A stretch of 64,000 nt of DNA, from NCBI GenBank assembly GCA_013265495.1, contig MU058844.1, positions 8,369,260 to 8,433,259 of the forward strand. The letters are read 5' to 3'. The notes under the pieces are model-generated. The model had not been told where the DNA came from, ran no database searches, and worked only from the letters and a program-made list of their open reading frames with translations. A program made the translations under genes and the position numbers. Below, piece by piece: positions 37,656 through 50,337 of the stretch; position 1 is the stretch's first letter; each line of letters begins with the position of its first letter. This stretch comes from Vicugna vicugna (Eukaryota).

Positions 37656-39269
37656 CTCTACCTTCTGTGTTCCGATTCCACAGACCTACTGTGCAGGTTG
37701 TCCCTCTACCCTAGGAGGTCCATTCAAAATGTCTTTAATGCTTCAGTTTAGAATATTGCAAATATTACCAGCTTTGTGTTATTTCATCTTCTATCACATA
37801 TAAAATAATCACAATATATAATATATAATGTATTATATTATTTTATCTTATTCATAAATGTGAGATTGAACAATGCTCCACATCAGAAGATTGAAGGGTG
37901 TTTCTCATGATTCCTGCCTTCGAGGAAGGAGGCCTGACACACGACACACACTGCTCATGCGCTCCCATGAGGACACACAGAAGTGACCTAGATGATGTCC
38001 TTACCCCTCGCTTGGGTGGTGCTGGAGGTGTGGGCAGAGTATCAGCCAATGCCTCCCACAGGAAATGACACGTGCGAGGAAACCTAGAGAACGAGGAAGC
38101 ATTAAACAGAATGAGAAGAGACTTTCACACAGAAAAATGTGTGAGCGTGAAACCTGACTCTGCCTGCAGTCCCGGGGCAGAGGAACGGCCCAGAGAGGAA
38201 ATGCACACTGCTGGCCTCTCAACCCCCCATCCCCATGTGTCCAGAAAGACAATCTTTCTCACAATGCAGAAGGCAAGCGGCCTCCCAGTCTGGATGAGAA
38301 TACTCAGCTAGCATTTACCATTCTATGCTGGCAGGTGGAGTTCTTTCTCTCAGCCTCTTTTCCCTGCCTCCTACCCTAGAAGCTGCTAGGAGTGCAGAGC
38401 CCTTGGCTGACAGAGCCCTTCTGGAAGGGCCGGTCTCCATGTCCTGCGCCATCCTCAGTGCATCCTCCACCCAAGAGCTCTCCAGTGCACCTCCATGGCT
38501 TTTACAAGCTCCTCCAGTCCCAGACTAGTGAGGGGCGCAGGGTCGTGTGCTTAGATGCCATGGTGCAAACGGTCGGGACACCTGGGGACAGACTCACAGT
38601 CCCAACTTCCCCATCAGCCCAGTCTGGAGGGGTGGGGGGGTCTCCTCCCACCTGGACTACATGAGTCATTTATTACATCCTAAACAGAGATTATTAGCAA
38701 GAGACATTCCTATTTAAACTGTCGTTGAGCATTTCCTCCAGCCAGGCAGCAGCAGGGGCTGCTCAGCTAATTAGGGACTGACTGACTTCTCAGCACCGTT
38801 AGCAGCTGTGCCCAAGCCTTGCCCACCTGCATCTGCCACGGCACTGGGACCACTCCTTTGTGATGGGCTCTGTTTTCACTTTGTGTATCAAGACCTCAAT
38901 GGAGCAACTGCCAGCCGCATATCTAGCTAGGACAGGAGTGTACATGAAAAATCTTTACATTTTTGAGGGTTGCTGTTTAGTTCAGGGAATTGTTTCACCT
39001 TATTCAATTATCCTGATGGGAAACAGGCTGCCTGTCCTGGGGAGGGGGCTCCTGCTTCCAGCTGCTGAGGTGAAGTAACACTTTCTGAGGAAGAGGATGG
39101 TGCCCTTTTTTGCACCATCCTCCGTAGGTTTTGTGTTTGGTTTTGTTTTGTTTTGTTTTTTGAGGACATTTTAAATAATGATCATCAACTTCATGACTTC
39201 ACTTACGGGGCATTATTCTTTTCTCTCAGAAGACAGCCTAGTTTTTTTTTTTTTCTCCCCTGGAGGATC

Positions 39270-39890
39270 AGTGTATTCATTTCCTCCCTTTCCTCTCCAA
39301 CATGTTCTGAATGCTTTCACTGCTAGGCACAGGATAAACAGTAAAAATGATAGATCTCCTGCCCCTCTAGGTCAAATAAAGGAACACAAACATTTTAAAA
39401 TAAAGTGCAATAAAGTGGTATTGATGCTGTCATAGTCATCTGGGCAGAGTATAGTTGGGACGTAATAAAAGGATGGTGATTTAAGTGTGGGGGCAGGCTC
39501 GTAAATACTGAAGGACAACAGAGCGAAGTGTTGACAGGAAGAGAAAGGGATGTTAGCCTTCCTGGAAGAGGGATTGGTGAGAGCAAGGTCCAGATGGAGA
39601 CAACACTTGAGATGTTGGGAGTCACAGAAAGTCTGGATAATTTGAAACTTGGGTTAGATGGAGTGCAGAGAAAGATTAAATGGATGAAGTAGGCAGAGAA
39701 AGCATCATAGAGGATTTGGACACCATGCTAAAGAGTTTTGATTTTCTTATAAGAAAACGGGAAAGCTATGGAAGAGCTATAAGCAGGGGTTAGAGACTGA
39801 CGCCAAGGAAACCAAAAGGGCAGTTATGAGGCTCTGTACTTAGACAGTAGCAGTGGGACGGGAGAGGGGAGGCAGTGAAGAGAAGCTTTA
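39270..39890 (-). mobile_element. L2 fragment
   Basis: cattcatt-like start, ttcctggaagaggga...agcaagg, ccatgctaaagagtttt motifs. Confidence 0.55.
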
Positions 39891-40059
39891 CACCTTGAGA
39901 GGAAATGATTCTCTTCAGCATGGCATTCAAGGCTTCCATCTCTAGGACCCTGTCTGGTCTTATTTCCATACTCACCATTTACATTAATCTACTTTAAGCC
40001 CCTAAAGGAGTCATGCTGTCTCATGTTTCTGCAATAAGTGTTGCTAGTCCTTATTGAAA

Positions 40060-40270
40060 GGTTATTATATATACAAGGATCACTATTACATGATCTATCC
40101 CTTCTCACAACCGCATGTGGTCAGTTACTGTTTTTCCCTCAGTTGACAGATGGAGAAACTGAAGCACAAATAAGTTAAGTAACCTAACTAAGGTCACACA
40201 GCTAGTGAAGGACACAAATGAGATTTGACCTCCATCAGCCTCTTTCTAGAATCCATTCTTTTAACCACTA
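40060..40270 (-). mobile_element. MIR SINE
   Basis: acagatggagaaactgaagcaca...gttaagtaacc...aaggtcacacagctagt. Confidence 0.8.
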
Positions 40271-40630
40271 TTTATAGCACTATCACACTGCCCCTTCTCT
40301 TAAAAGAAAGACCTCTCTTTCTTCACTTAGCTTACCTAATACTCCACCACCACTTAATTCAGCTTCTGCTTCCATCAACATTTTGAAAAATCACTCACCA
40401 AAAATATCAATAATAGACTCCAGTGGGAACTTTTTCATTTTCTTCTACTTGAGTTTTCAAATGCTTTCAACCACTGACTACTCAATAAGCCCTGAAATAT
40501 CCTCTTCCTTGATTCATATGATGATCTGCTGTTGGTTTTTCTACTTTATCTCTGGATGTGCTTTCTCAGCCCCTTCTGTTAATCATCCTTCTCTACAGAA
40601 ACTTCATATTGGAGTTTTAAAGATTCAGTC

Positions 40631-42133
40631 GTAACCCACACACCCAGTCAATTAATCTTCAACAAAGGAGGCGAGAATACACAATGGATAAAAGTCAGTC
40701 TCTTTGGCAAGTGGTGTTGGGAAAACTGGACAGCCGCATGTAAATCAGCGAAGTTAGAACACTCCCTCACACCAAACACAAAAATAAACTCAAAATGGCT
40801 AAAACACTTAAATATAAAACAGGATACCATAAATCTCCTAGGAAAAAAACATGGGCAAAACATTCTCTGACATAAATCACAGCAATGTTCTTCTAGGTCA
40901 GTCTACCAAGGCAACAGAAATAAAAGCAAAAATAAATAAATGAGACCTAGTTAAACTTATAAGCTTTGAACAGCAAAGGATACCATAAACAAAACAAAAA
41001 GACAACCTACAAAATGGGGGAAAACATTTGCAAATGATGTGACTGACAAGGGCTTAATTTCCAGAATATACAAACAGCTCGTACAACTCAATAACAACAA
41101 CAAAAACAAACAACCCGATTCAAAAATGAGCAGAATACCTAAAAAGACATTTCTCCAATAAAAACATACAGATGGCCAATAGGTACATGAAAAAATGCTC
41201 AATATTGCTAATTACCAGAGAAATGCAAACCAAAAATACAATGAGGTATTACCTTACACTGGTCAGAATGGCCACAAAAGATAAATGCTGGAGAGAGTGT
41301 GGAGAAAAGAGAATCCTTTTACATCGTTTGTGGGAATGTAATTTGATATAGCCGCTACGGAAAACAGTATGGAGATTCCTTAAAAAAGTTAAAACAGACT
41401 TATATAATCCAGTAATCTCACTTCTGGGCATTCATTTGGAGAAAATGCTACTTTGAAAAGATACATGCACCCCAATGTTTATAGCAGCACTATTTACAAT
41501 AGCCAGGACATGAAAGCAACCTGAATGTTCATCAACAGATGATTGGATAAAGAAGATGTGGTAGATATAGATATAGATATAGATATAGATATAGATAATG
41601 GAATACTACTCAGTCATAAAAAAGAATGAAATAATGCCATTTGCAGCACTATGAATGGATCTAGATTATCATACTAAGTGAAATCAGAGGAAGACAACTA
41701 CCATACAATATCACTTATATGTGGAATCTAAAAAAATAAAATGGCATAAATGAACTTATTTACAAAATAGAAAGAGACTCAATATAGAAAACAAATTTAC
41801 AGTTACCAGGGGGAAAAGGTGGGGAGGGGAGGGATAAATTCGGAGTCTGGGATTTGCAGATACTAACTACTATATTAAAAAAAAACCAAAACAGATAAAC
41901 AACAAGGTCCTACTATTTAACATGGGGAACTACAGTCAGTATCTTGTAATGACTTATAATGATAAATAATATGAAAAAGAATTTATTATCTGTATAAATG
42001 AATCAATATGCTGTACACCAGAAGCTACCACAACTATACTTCAATTAAAAAAAAATTAGAATTTGAAGAACTTCGGACAAAAAAAAGAAAAAAAGAAAAA
42101 AACCCAACATAAAGAAGAAACAAAAACAGCAGA
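40631..42133 (+). mobile_element. 5'-truncated L1 (ORF2 end and 3'UTR) inserted in an L2
   Basis: Degraded ORF2 C-terminus (aagtggtgttgggaaaactgg), 3'UTR and A-tail; 12-bp TSD aaagattcagtc at 40619-40630 and 42134-42145. Confidence 0.92.
41562..41597 (+). repeat. (TAGATA)6 tandem repeat within the L1
   Basis: Seen directly in the sequence. Confidence 0.9.
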
Positions 42134-43269
42134 AAAGATTCAGTCCTAGTTTTCCCATTCTTTTCTCTCTATGCTTTTTGCACTGAGTGATCTCATCTAT
42201 GTTCCAGCTTCAATTTCCATCTATATGTTAACATCTCAATTTGTATCCAGGCTTCCTCTTTGTTCTACAGACCCTTATAGACCAGTGCTTCTTTAACACT
42301 TGCTTGAATTGCTCAACAGCATCCTCCACTCAACATATCCAAGTGGAATTTTCAGTGCTCTCCCCAATATTGCTCTTCTGTGTACTTCAGCAAACACCTT
42401 TCACCTAGTCAAACAATCTGGAAACTTTTAGAGTACATCAACCAAAGAACACTAAGAACAAAACTGTAGTCCGAATTAGATTTATGTTGCTTACCGTGGC
42501 CAGGAGCAATGCACTCCAGAGGAATTATGGATCATCTTAGTAAGAGAGTTTTTAGGAGCTTCTTACAGGCTTTGGATTATAGTGAATGGTTGTAGGAAGG
42601 ATTTAAAAATGTGAGGTCCAGTTTTGATTGGGAGGTTGTCGGTTGTCAAAAAAGCTAGGGAAATTGAATAACTGATCTTACTTTTTTTTTTATTTTAATA
42701 GAAGGAAGGAGGATTAAAGTGGGCTGAAAGTAGTCACTGCTACAAAATAGCAATAACATGTTAGCCAGAAGAGAGCACGTTGAGAATAGCTTTGTCTGTC
42801 TTGTTCCAGACATGTCACTGAGTGGCCTTCTCTGAATATTGTCTGTAACTTATTTACTTTGAGTTTTAGCACCTCCCAGTTTTAGTTAAATTATTTTGGG
42901 AAAAGTGACTTGAACTCTCAGCTTTAATTTTTCAATATAAAACATAAAGCAAGTATCTATTATTATTTTAGGCAGAATATTCAGAATCACTTTACTTACG
43001 ACTTTAGTTGTACACATATTTTCCTTCATTTTAACAAGGAAACTTTTTTTAGGTTTCTGTCTAAGGAAAAACCAAATATTATTCTAGCCATATGCAAAAA
43101 CAGATCCATGTGATTGATAGATTATGAGATCTACATTTTAGAGGCAGGACAACCAAGGAATCATCCATTGTTTGAGGTCTGCAGAGTTTTGAATCTATAA
43201 ATATCTTAATTTTCTCGAGAGGAAATTAAAAAAAAAGACACAGAAGATCCTCAAATAATCAAGAAGACA

Positions 43270-43540
43270 GTATCTGTAGTGGCTAAGCAGTCAGAAGCCA
43301 GAATGCCTGGATATGAATTTTGACTTTACCACTTCATAGTTCTTCCCTGCCTTCTCCTACTTGGAGCAAGTCTCCTACTTGACCTCTCTTTATTTCAATT
43401 TTCCCATCAGTAAAGCAGCAGAAATAATATAGCCCCTTCCTCTTAGGACTGTTGTAAGGATTAAATAGGTTAATAAATATAAAGTGCTTAGAACAGCACC
43501 TCCAGCACAAAGTAGGCACTCAATAAATATTTAGTTGGTA
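43270..43540 (+). mobile_element. MIR SINE
   Basis: gtagtggctaag...aggactgttgtaaggattaaat...aaagtgcttagaacag...gcactcaataaat. Confidence 0.8.
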
Positions 43541-45769
43541 TTATTATAATCCATCATGTCATTTGGAGTTTAAAAAACCTTTTAAAATTTGAGGAGTTGC
43601 CAAGGACCCTGTGTATAAACGGTATGTATGTGTATAAGAAAAAGAGAAAGCTGGAGTCACCTCCAAAATTTTTTAAACAGATCTAGCCATTCAAGAAGAC
43701 TTCTTCAGAGAGAGCTCTCAGATACCAGCACACTGGAGAATAGTGAATCTAGAATTATGTTAACATACTGGAAGCTTCAATGGAGACTGGAATGGTGAAA
43801 GAGCAATTTGGAGAGTAGACTTTCAAAACTGTCAAAGAAATTGATGATGTATCCCTGCTCGCCAGGAAGGGGCTTATGCAACACCTCTGGACTGCATATA
43901 AGAGGAACTTCTAGGGGGATTTCATGAAATCTATAACTGAAGTGACTCCTTCTTCTCTTCCTGTCAAGCTGGCCATTTTGACATCTATTAACTAATACAT
44001 GTAAGTGGGGTAAATTTTTTTTGATTATGACATCTGTTTAAATTGGCTTTCTCTGTTCATAATTTCAGTTAAACTATATGCTTTTAGCATTTACTAGATT
44101 GGAGGTGGTTTCTTTGGGGCAGAGAAAAACAGTTTGCAACAAAGATTAAATTGTAGTTTTGTTTTTCTTTTTTTTTTAATAATCATTTGGGGCACACAGA
44201 AGAGTTCTTTGTATTTATTCTTATATTTGGTGATTGGTCGTTTGTGCATTTTTGGAGGGTTATTTAAATTTAATTTACTGGCACATTTATGTAGAAGACT
44301 TCAGCTATCTGAACTGATCGTGCTCTAGTCATGAGCAGACTGCTTGCCTAAGTTTCGTTGTATTTTATATACATATATCTCGGCAGGAGACCATTCAAGG
44401 TTTGCAGTTCACTGTCATGAAGCTGTCTATGGATCCTTTGTTTAACCACCAATGATTCCACAAGCTGGAAGCTTTTATGAGAAAAAATTAGATCCAAATA
44501 TCCTATATATTTGTTTTAAAATGGCAAGTTTGGCCCTGGCTTAAAAAAAAAGCAGAGTTCCTAAATAGTTAATGTATACAATGTATTTAATAGACATCAT
44601 TAACCCTTAAATAGCAATCCTACTTCTGGAAATATACCCATAGAGAATAAATAATTGAAGAAAAGAATAATGCCATATGCTCAAAGCTGTTTGTAGCAGT
44701 CTTAGGTATGATACCAGGAAGTCAGAAACAACCTGAAGGTCTAACAATAAAATAATGGATAAACAGAGTGTATCTCATTAGGATGGACTCTTAAGTCATT
44801 AAAAATGATCATGGCAATGGAGAATCAAGGGAAAATGTTAATTACATGTTAAGTAAAAATGGCAGAATATAAGATGGTATATTGATTGTTAAGGCAAATA
44901 TAAACAATGCACGCATTTGGATCAACTGAAAGTAACTACTTGGTGGTGGGAATATGAGTAATTTTAATATATTTTCTTCATTTTTTTTTAAACAAGAGAG
45001 AAAATAAAGAGTATTAAATGGTATGACTACATTATTTGGGAGCCAAATGCCTTATTCATTTTTCAGATTTGTAAAAATGACAGCTTGTATGTTAAGGCAA
45101 TTTGAGCTTTAGCCCAGGAACCTGATTCATTTGCCTCAATAGATTCACTGTATCTTGATTCTCTTAATAAATTCTGTGCAAATTCCAATGCCAATAGGTT
45201 TTCTATCTTTATTAATATGAAAAGATCCCATGGGTGAAAGATACCATAATCAGAGACTTAAAAAAGCACAACATATGATGTGGAGAGTCCACCAAAAGAT
45301 ATGAAGGCCTTTTGAAGAGCTGCTCCTAATTTCTGTATATATTTTTCAAAAGTTAAGAGTTTTATGGTAGATATATAGATAATATAGAATCTTTTCACAC
45401 TGTGAAATTTAACTTTCAAATTAAATCTTTTACATTATAATCAAAAAACATGGTCATAGTCAGTTGTGAGAAATGGCTGCAAAAATCACCATAATTCAAC
45501 CCCCCAAATTTATTAACAAGTCCCCTTGGAGTAATGCCTATTAAAGAATGTCAGCTGAAGGCAGGAGGGATTTGTGAAATTCTTGTCTCCTTTGTATTTA
45601 TTCTTTGGCAGTGACCGAAGAGGAAGAGAGGGAGCAGGAGCCAAGATCTGGTCCGTTTAGGGCAAGGTTGTGAGTTCCCTTGAGATCTGTATGTTCCCCA
45701 ACCTTGGAATACAGCAGACACTATGGGGCCTGGCAGGGTCTTCTGTGTTCTTGGGCATAAAATTACCTC

Positions 45770-45942
45770 AGAGGAGCCTTAAAGGGGCTGTCTTCTCAAA
45801 TGGTAAGCACTCGGAGATCTCCTTAAAATACCCATTCTGACTGAGTAGGTTTGGGGTAGGGAATGAGATTCTGCCTTTTTAACAAGTTCCCAGGTGATGC
45901 TGATGCTGTTGGTCCGTAGAGTGCATTTCTGAGTAATAAGAC
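45770..45942 (+). mobile_element. MER5A-like hAT element
   Basis: tgccttttt aacaagttcccaggtgatgctgatgctgttggtcc. Confidence 0.7.
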
Positions 45943-47142
45943 TCTAAGCTCAGCTAACTTGAGGAAAAAAGTGATTCAGGGAATTTCCTGTTTTAATCTT
46001 TGCTTCCCATATTATTTCTATGACTGGAAACTCATCTTTGGACAAGGAAGTATGCCACTGGCATGGACTTAAATGTAAAAAGAAGTGTTAGTATATACTG
46101 GAATACTTTCTTATAATTTTTATTTATCACTCTGGTGTCCAGAAAGATCTGTATTGGTAACTAAGAAATACATTCTGTAACTCATATGTTGAAGTTTTAA
46201 GCATTGCTAAATGCCCACCAGCTTTTTTGGAATGTTACTGCCCTAATATTATGCTGTGTGGTCATCTGTTTGGGTGGCTGTTTTTGAAATTTTGCCTCAG
46301 AATTTTCAAATTTTATTTACAGACCTCTTCATAAAATCTCCTCTCTGATTTTTTTGTTGGTCCTCGTATATATGATATGTAAAATGTCAAAGTATTTGGT
46401 GTTTAATAATTAGCAATTATCCTTGGGTTTATTTTTAGCAAGTATTTCAAGATTTATTTTAAAATTAAAATTAAAGTTAATATCGTGGGCAGGAAGCTTC
46501 TTGATTTTCACTGATCTTCCTAAGTAAGTTACAATTAACCACTATTTATGGTGTTCAAGTCTTTCAAAAGTGACCTTGGGCTGCAACTTTTTACTTTAAA
46601 TTGCCAACTTCTGATTTTAACTTAGCATATACCTATAAGACAATAAAAGCTAAGTATGAATCTATTACCCAAAGTAGTAAACACAAGATACATTATTTGG
46701 AATGTCAACAGGATTCTTAGTATTGAATTTTTTTCTCAAACCTATGAACAGTGAGCAGAAAGATCTCTTAGATTTGTTTCCAATGAGAACACATTGCTGT
46801 GGAAAATAAATTTACATGGTTGTTTAGTTTTGAATACAGTACTTTACACTTTAAATCGTTGGCTCACCAAATTTGGGTACCACAGGGTAGACAAAAGAGA
46901 AAAACAAAAGGGAAGTCTGTAAGTAGATACTGAGCATTGAAATCATTATGCTTTCAAGATAACAATTAAATCCTTACAGTGAATGAAGAATGGGTGAACT
47001 ATTCTAAAGAATTACTGCTTGCTCCTTGGGTTTACACTACTGTTCTGATACTAAGGATTTATATTCCTAATGTATATTATTGAATTAGTTTGTTGTTCTG
47101 AGGATTGAGGTTTATTGTGAAAACGCCCAGTTCATAGATGTT

Positions 47143-47727
47143 TAATTCAAAATGATACATGCACCCCAATGTTCATAAAGCACTATTTATAATAGCCTAG
47201 ACATGGAAACAACGTAAATGTCCATCGACAGATGACTGGATAAAGAAATTGTGGTATATTTACACAATGCAATATTAGTCAGCCATAAAAATGATATAAT
47301 AATGCCATTTGCAGCAACATGGATGGACCTGGAGAATGTAATTCTAAGTGAAGTAAGCCAAGAAAGAGAAGGAAAAATACCATATGATATCACTTACATG
47401 TAGCATCTAAAAAAAAAAAATTTACAAAACAGACTCACAGACATAGAAAACAAACTTATATTAAACAGAGGGGGAAGGGGGAGAAAAGGGATAAATTGGG
47501 AGGTTGAGATTTGCAGATACTAACTACTATACATATAAAATAGATAAATAAGTTTATACTGTATAGCACAGGGAACTATATTCAGTATCTTGTAGTAACT
47601 TATGGTTAAAAAGAATATGAAAATGAATATATGTATGTTCCTATATGACTGAAGTATTGTGCTATACACCAGAAATTGACACAACATTGTAAACTGACTA
47701 TACTTTAATAAAAATATTTTTAAAAAA
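47143..47727 (+). mobile_element. Young 5'-truncated L1 3' end
   Basis: gatacatgcaccccaatgttcata...gccatttgcagcaacatggatggacc...acaacattgtaaactgactatact and an A-rich tail. Confidence 0.92.
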
Positions 47728-49689
47728 GTTTCATTGGACTTTATATGTCTTACTTGATCAGAAATACTTATACCCTGCTCTTCAAAAAGTTAGAGAGATT
47801 TAGTCTTCTGCTTAGTCTAACTTTCCAAGATAGCATTTCTATTCTGGCCCCAACAAACAGCTATCCTATCCTTCTTACACATTTGTATCTTAGAGAAAGG
47901 TTAGAATCTAAAAATCAGGACATAAATTAAATGTGTATTTGATGTAACTCCAGTAGGCTACTATGACCTTCAGAAGCTCTATAACATAGCTTTACTTATT
48001 TAACTAAACAAAATTCCAAGGGATATAAAGTTTTAATTTTCATAATAACAGAACACTAAGGAGATCCTGGTTGAATTTACTATTGTTTCATTAATCTTAA
48101 AGGTAGGAGGTATGCTATTAATAGCAGTAATTTTAATGAAATCCTTTCTTCTCTAAGCATCTGCAACCAATTTATGAGAATGAAAACACATTACCAATAA
48201 CCTCATTAACAAAAGTGGATATTAAAACTGTGCTAGAGATCTGAAACATGAAGTATATTTTAAAAGAATTTCAAATCTGTTTATTTTCAAGGTAAAGAAC
48301 AGTACTTGCTATTCTTAAGAGAAAAGTAATCCAAGAAAATCATTTATCTTGCAAGAGCTTTCATTTCTTGTACTGTAAATGCTGACCCTCAAAAATACTA
48401 AATATCATTTCTCAATACAGTATAACCTGTTGTTAAGAGGTAGCTTCCTGAATATAGTATAAGCTGGTAATGTAAATGTGGACCCTTGAAAGGCATCGTC
48501 TGCACACACAGAATGATGGTCAATATGCTGAAAACTAAAAGTGAATCCTCCTTTGCCTTCAGTTTTATTTTTACTTCTGTCCTTTTGAGTCAAGGAGAAA
48601 TAGAGCACTAACATTATTTTTTCTGTATGATTTAAAATCTGTCCCTTATGCCTTTATTCACAGAGGTTTACCTGCACAGTTATACTGTCTACTAAAATTG
48701 GAAATAGTCTGAAGTCACCAGAGCACCAGAGATGTCTACTGTTATAATCAAATGGATCTGGAATTGTTTTATCTTTCCCATGAAACACATTATTTGAGTA
48801 TACTTTACTTGATGGAAAACCACCATGAGTTCTTTTTCTTAGAAGTGTCGGAGCAGTATTAGAAGCCTGGATTCTTTCCTGAGAGGGCAGCTAACTCAGA
48901 ATACATGTGCATTTAGTTCAACATGATCAGCTGATGCACACCAAATCCTATGTTGACCAAGTGGAAAGCAACATGTTCAATTTCAGGTTGGAATTTGCAT
49001 ACATTCTCTGTTTTTCTAAAATTAGGCTTTTCCTCCCATGAGATTTAAATACATTCTCCTTTGTTCTGTGCTGAAATGTGTTAACTCTCTTATTCTGCAT
49101 TGTGCATCGGAGAATTCTAATAAAGGTAGTACAGTTTTAAAAAAAAGGTCTTCCATTGATAGAATATCTGCAAACTTAATGACGCAATCCACTGAGGTAA
49201 ACACATCAGTTAATAAATTTCCACACGTGTAGCCGTAACATCATTGGCCAAGTACAAATCATTTGGGGAGGTTTGGAGCCTTTGAGTTTCTTTGGTCACA
49301 GGTGAACCAGAGCACAAACTTCACATAGCAGATTATTTCTTAAACAGTCTTCCTCCATGAAAACAAGCCGTTCTACTGACCACATTTAAAAACAACCTAA
49401 AGGAAACTGTAATTAAGAGGAAGAATGGGACAGAAGTGAACAGTCTAGGACACAGTTCATGGTAAAGGATTGTGTGTCTATGTAGACACTTTCTTCTCCT
49501 AAATGTCATTATCTAAATCTTATCTCTACCATATTCCTCTCGTATGTGTTTCAATGAGTAGAATATGAACTACTGAAGATTAGGAACTATCAAAAGTTTC
49601 TAAATCCTTCTCTCCAACCTTTAGTGTGTAGCACCGTCATAGTCACCTAGTTGAGAACTAACAAGATACTGGGGTGGCTGAATTATATT

Positions 49690-50335
49690 TAGCACCCACA
49701 ACATACTTTTATTGAGATATAGGGAATCAATAAAGGATTAATTGCAGATTCAATTTAATAGTTATATAATTATTAATGTTTTATTTTTCTTCTTGAGGCA
49801 GCTTTGGCATATTGTGTTTCTTGGAGAAAATTCTCCATTGTATACAAATGTTTAAATTTCAAAAAATATTATAAAGTTGTACATAATATTCATATTACCA
49901 TTAGAATTTTTGCAGGCTCTACAGTGATGCTGTCTTTTATATTCCTGATACTGGTTATTTGAATACTCTTATTTTGTTTTAAATGATTACTCTTGCCAGA
50001 GTTATGTCAATTTTATTAGTTATCTAAGAACCAACTTAAGAGGTGTTAATTATTTCTCTGCATATTTTTCTTCCACTAACTAGTTATCTTTTAATCTTTG
50101 GTCTTCTTCTTTTCTAATATGTGTTCAAAGCTATTGTTTCCTTATATTATGGTTTTAGCTCATCTCACAGATTTTGATGTGTAATTTGCAATGAAAATTA
50201 CAATGTGTAACAAAAATTTTATAATTTTTTCATTATAATTCAATTCAATTATTTTCATTATTATTCAAAATATTTTCTGATTTCCACTGTGATTTCTTCT
50301 TTGACTCAAAAGTTATTTAGATGCATAATTCTTAT
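49690..50335 (-). mobile_element. Old antisense L1 ORF2 fragment
   Basis: ttttattagt...aagaaccaact; ttttagctcatctcaca..ttttgatgtg; gatttcttctttgact. Confidence 0.65.
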
Positions 50336-50337
50336 AT

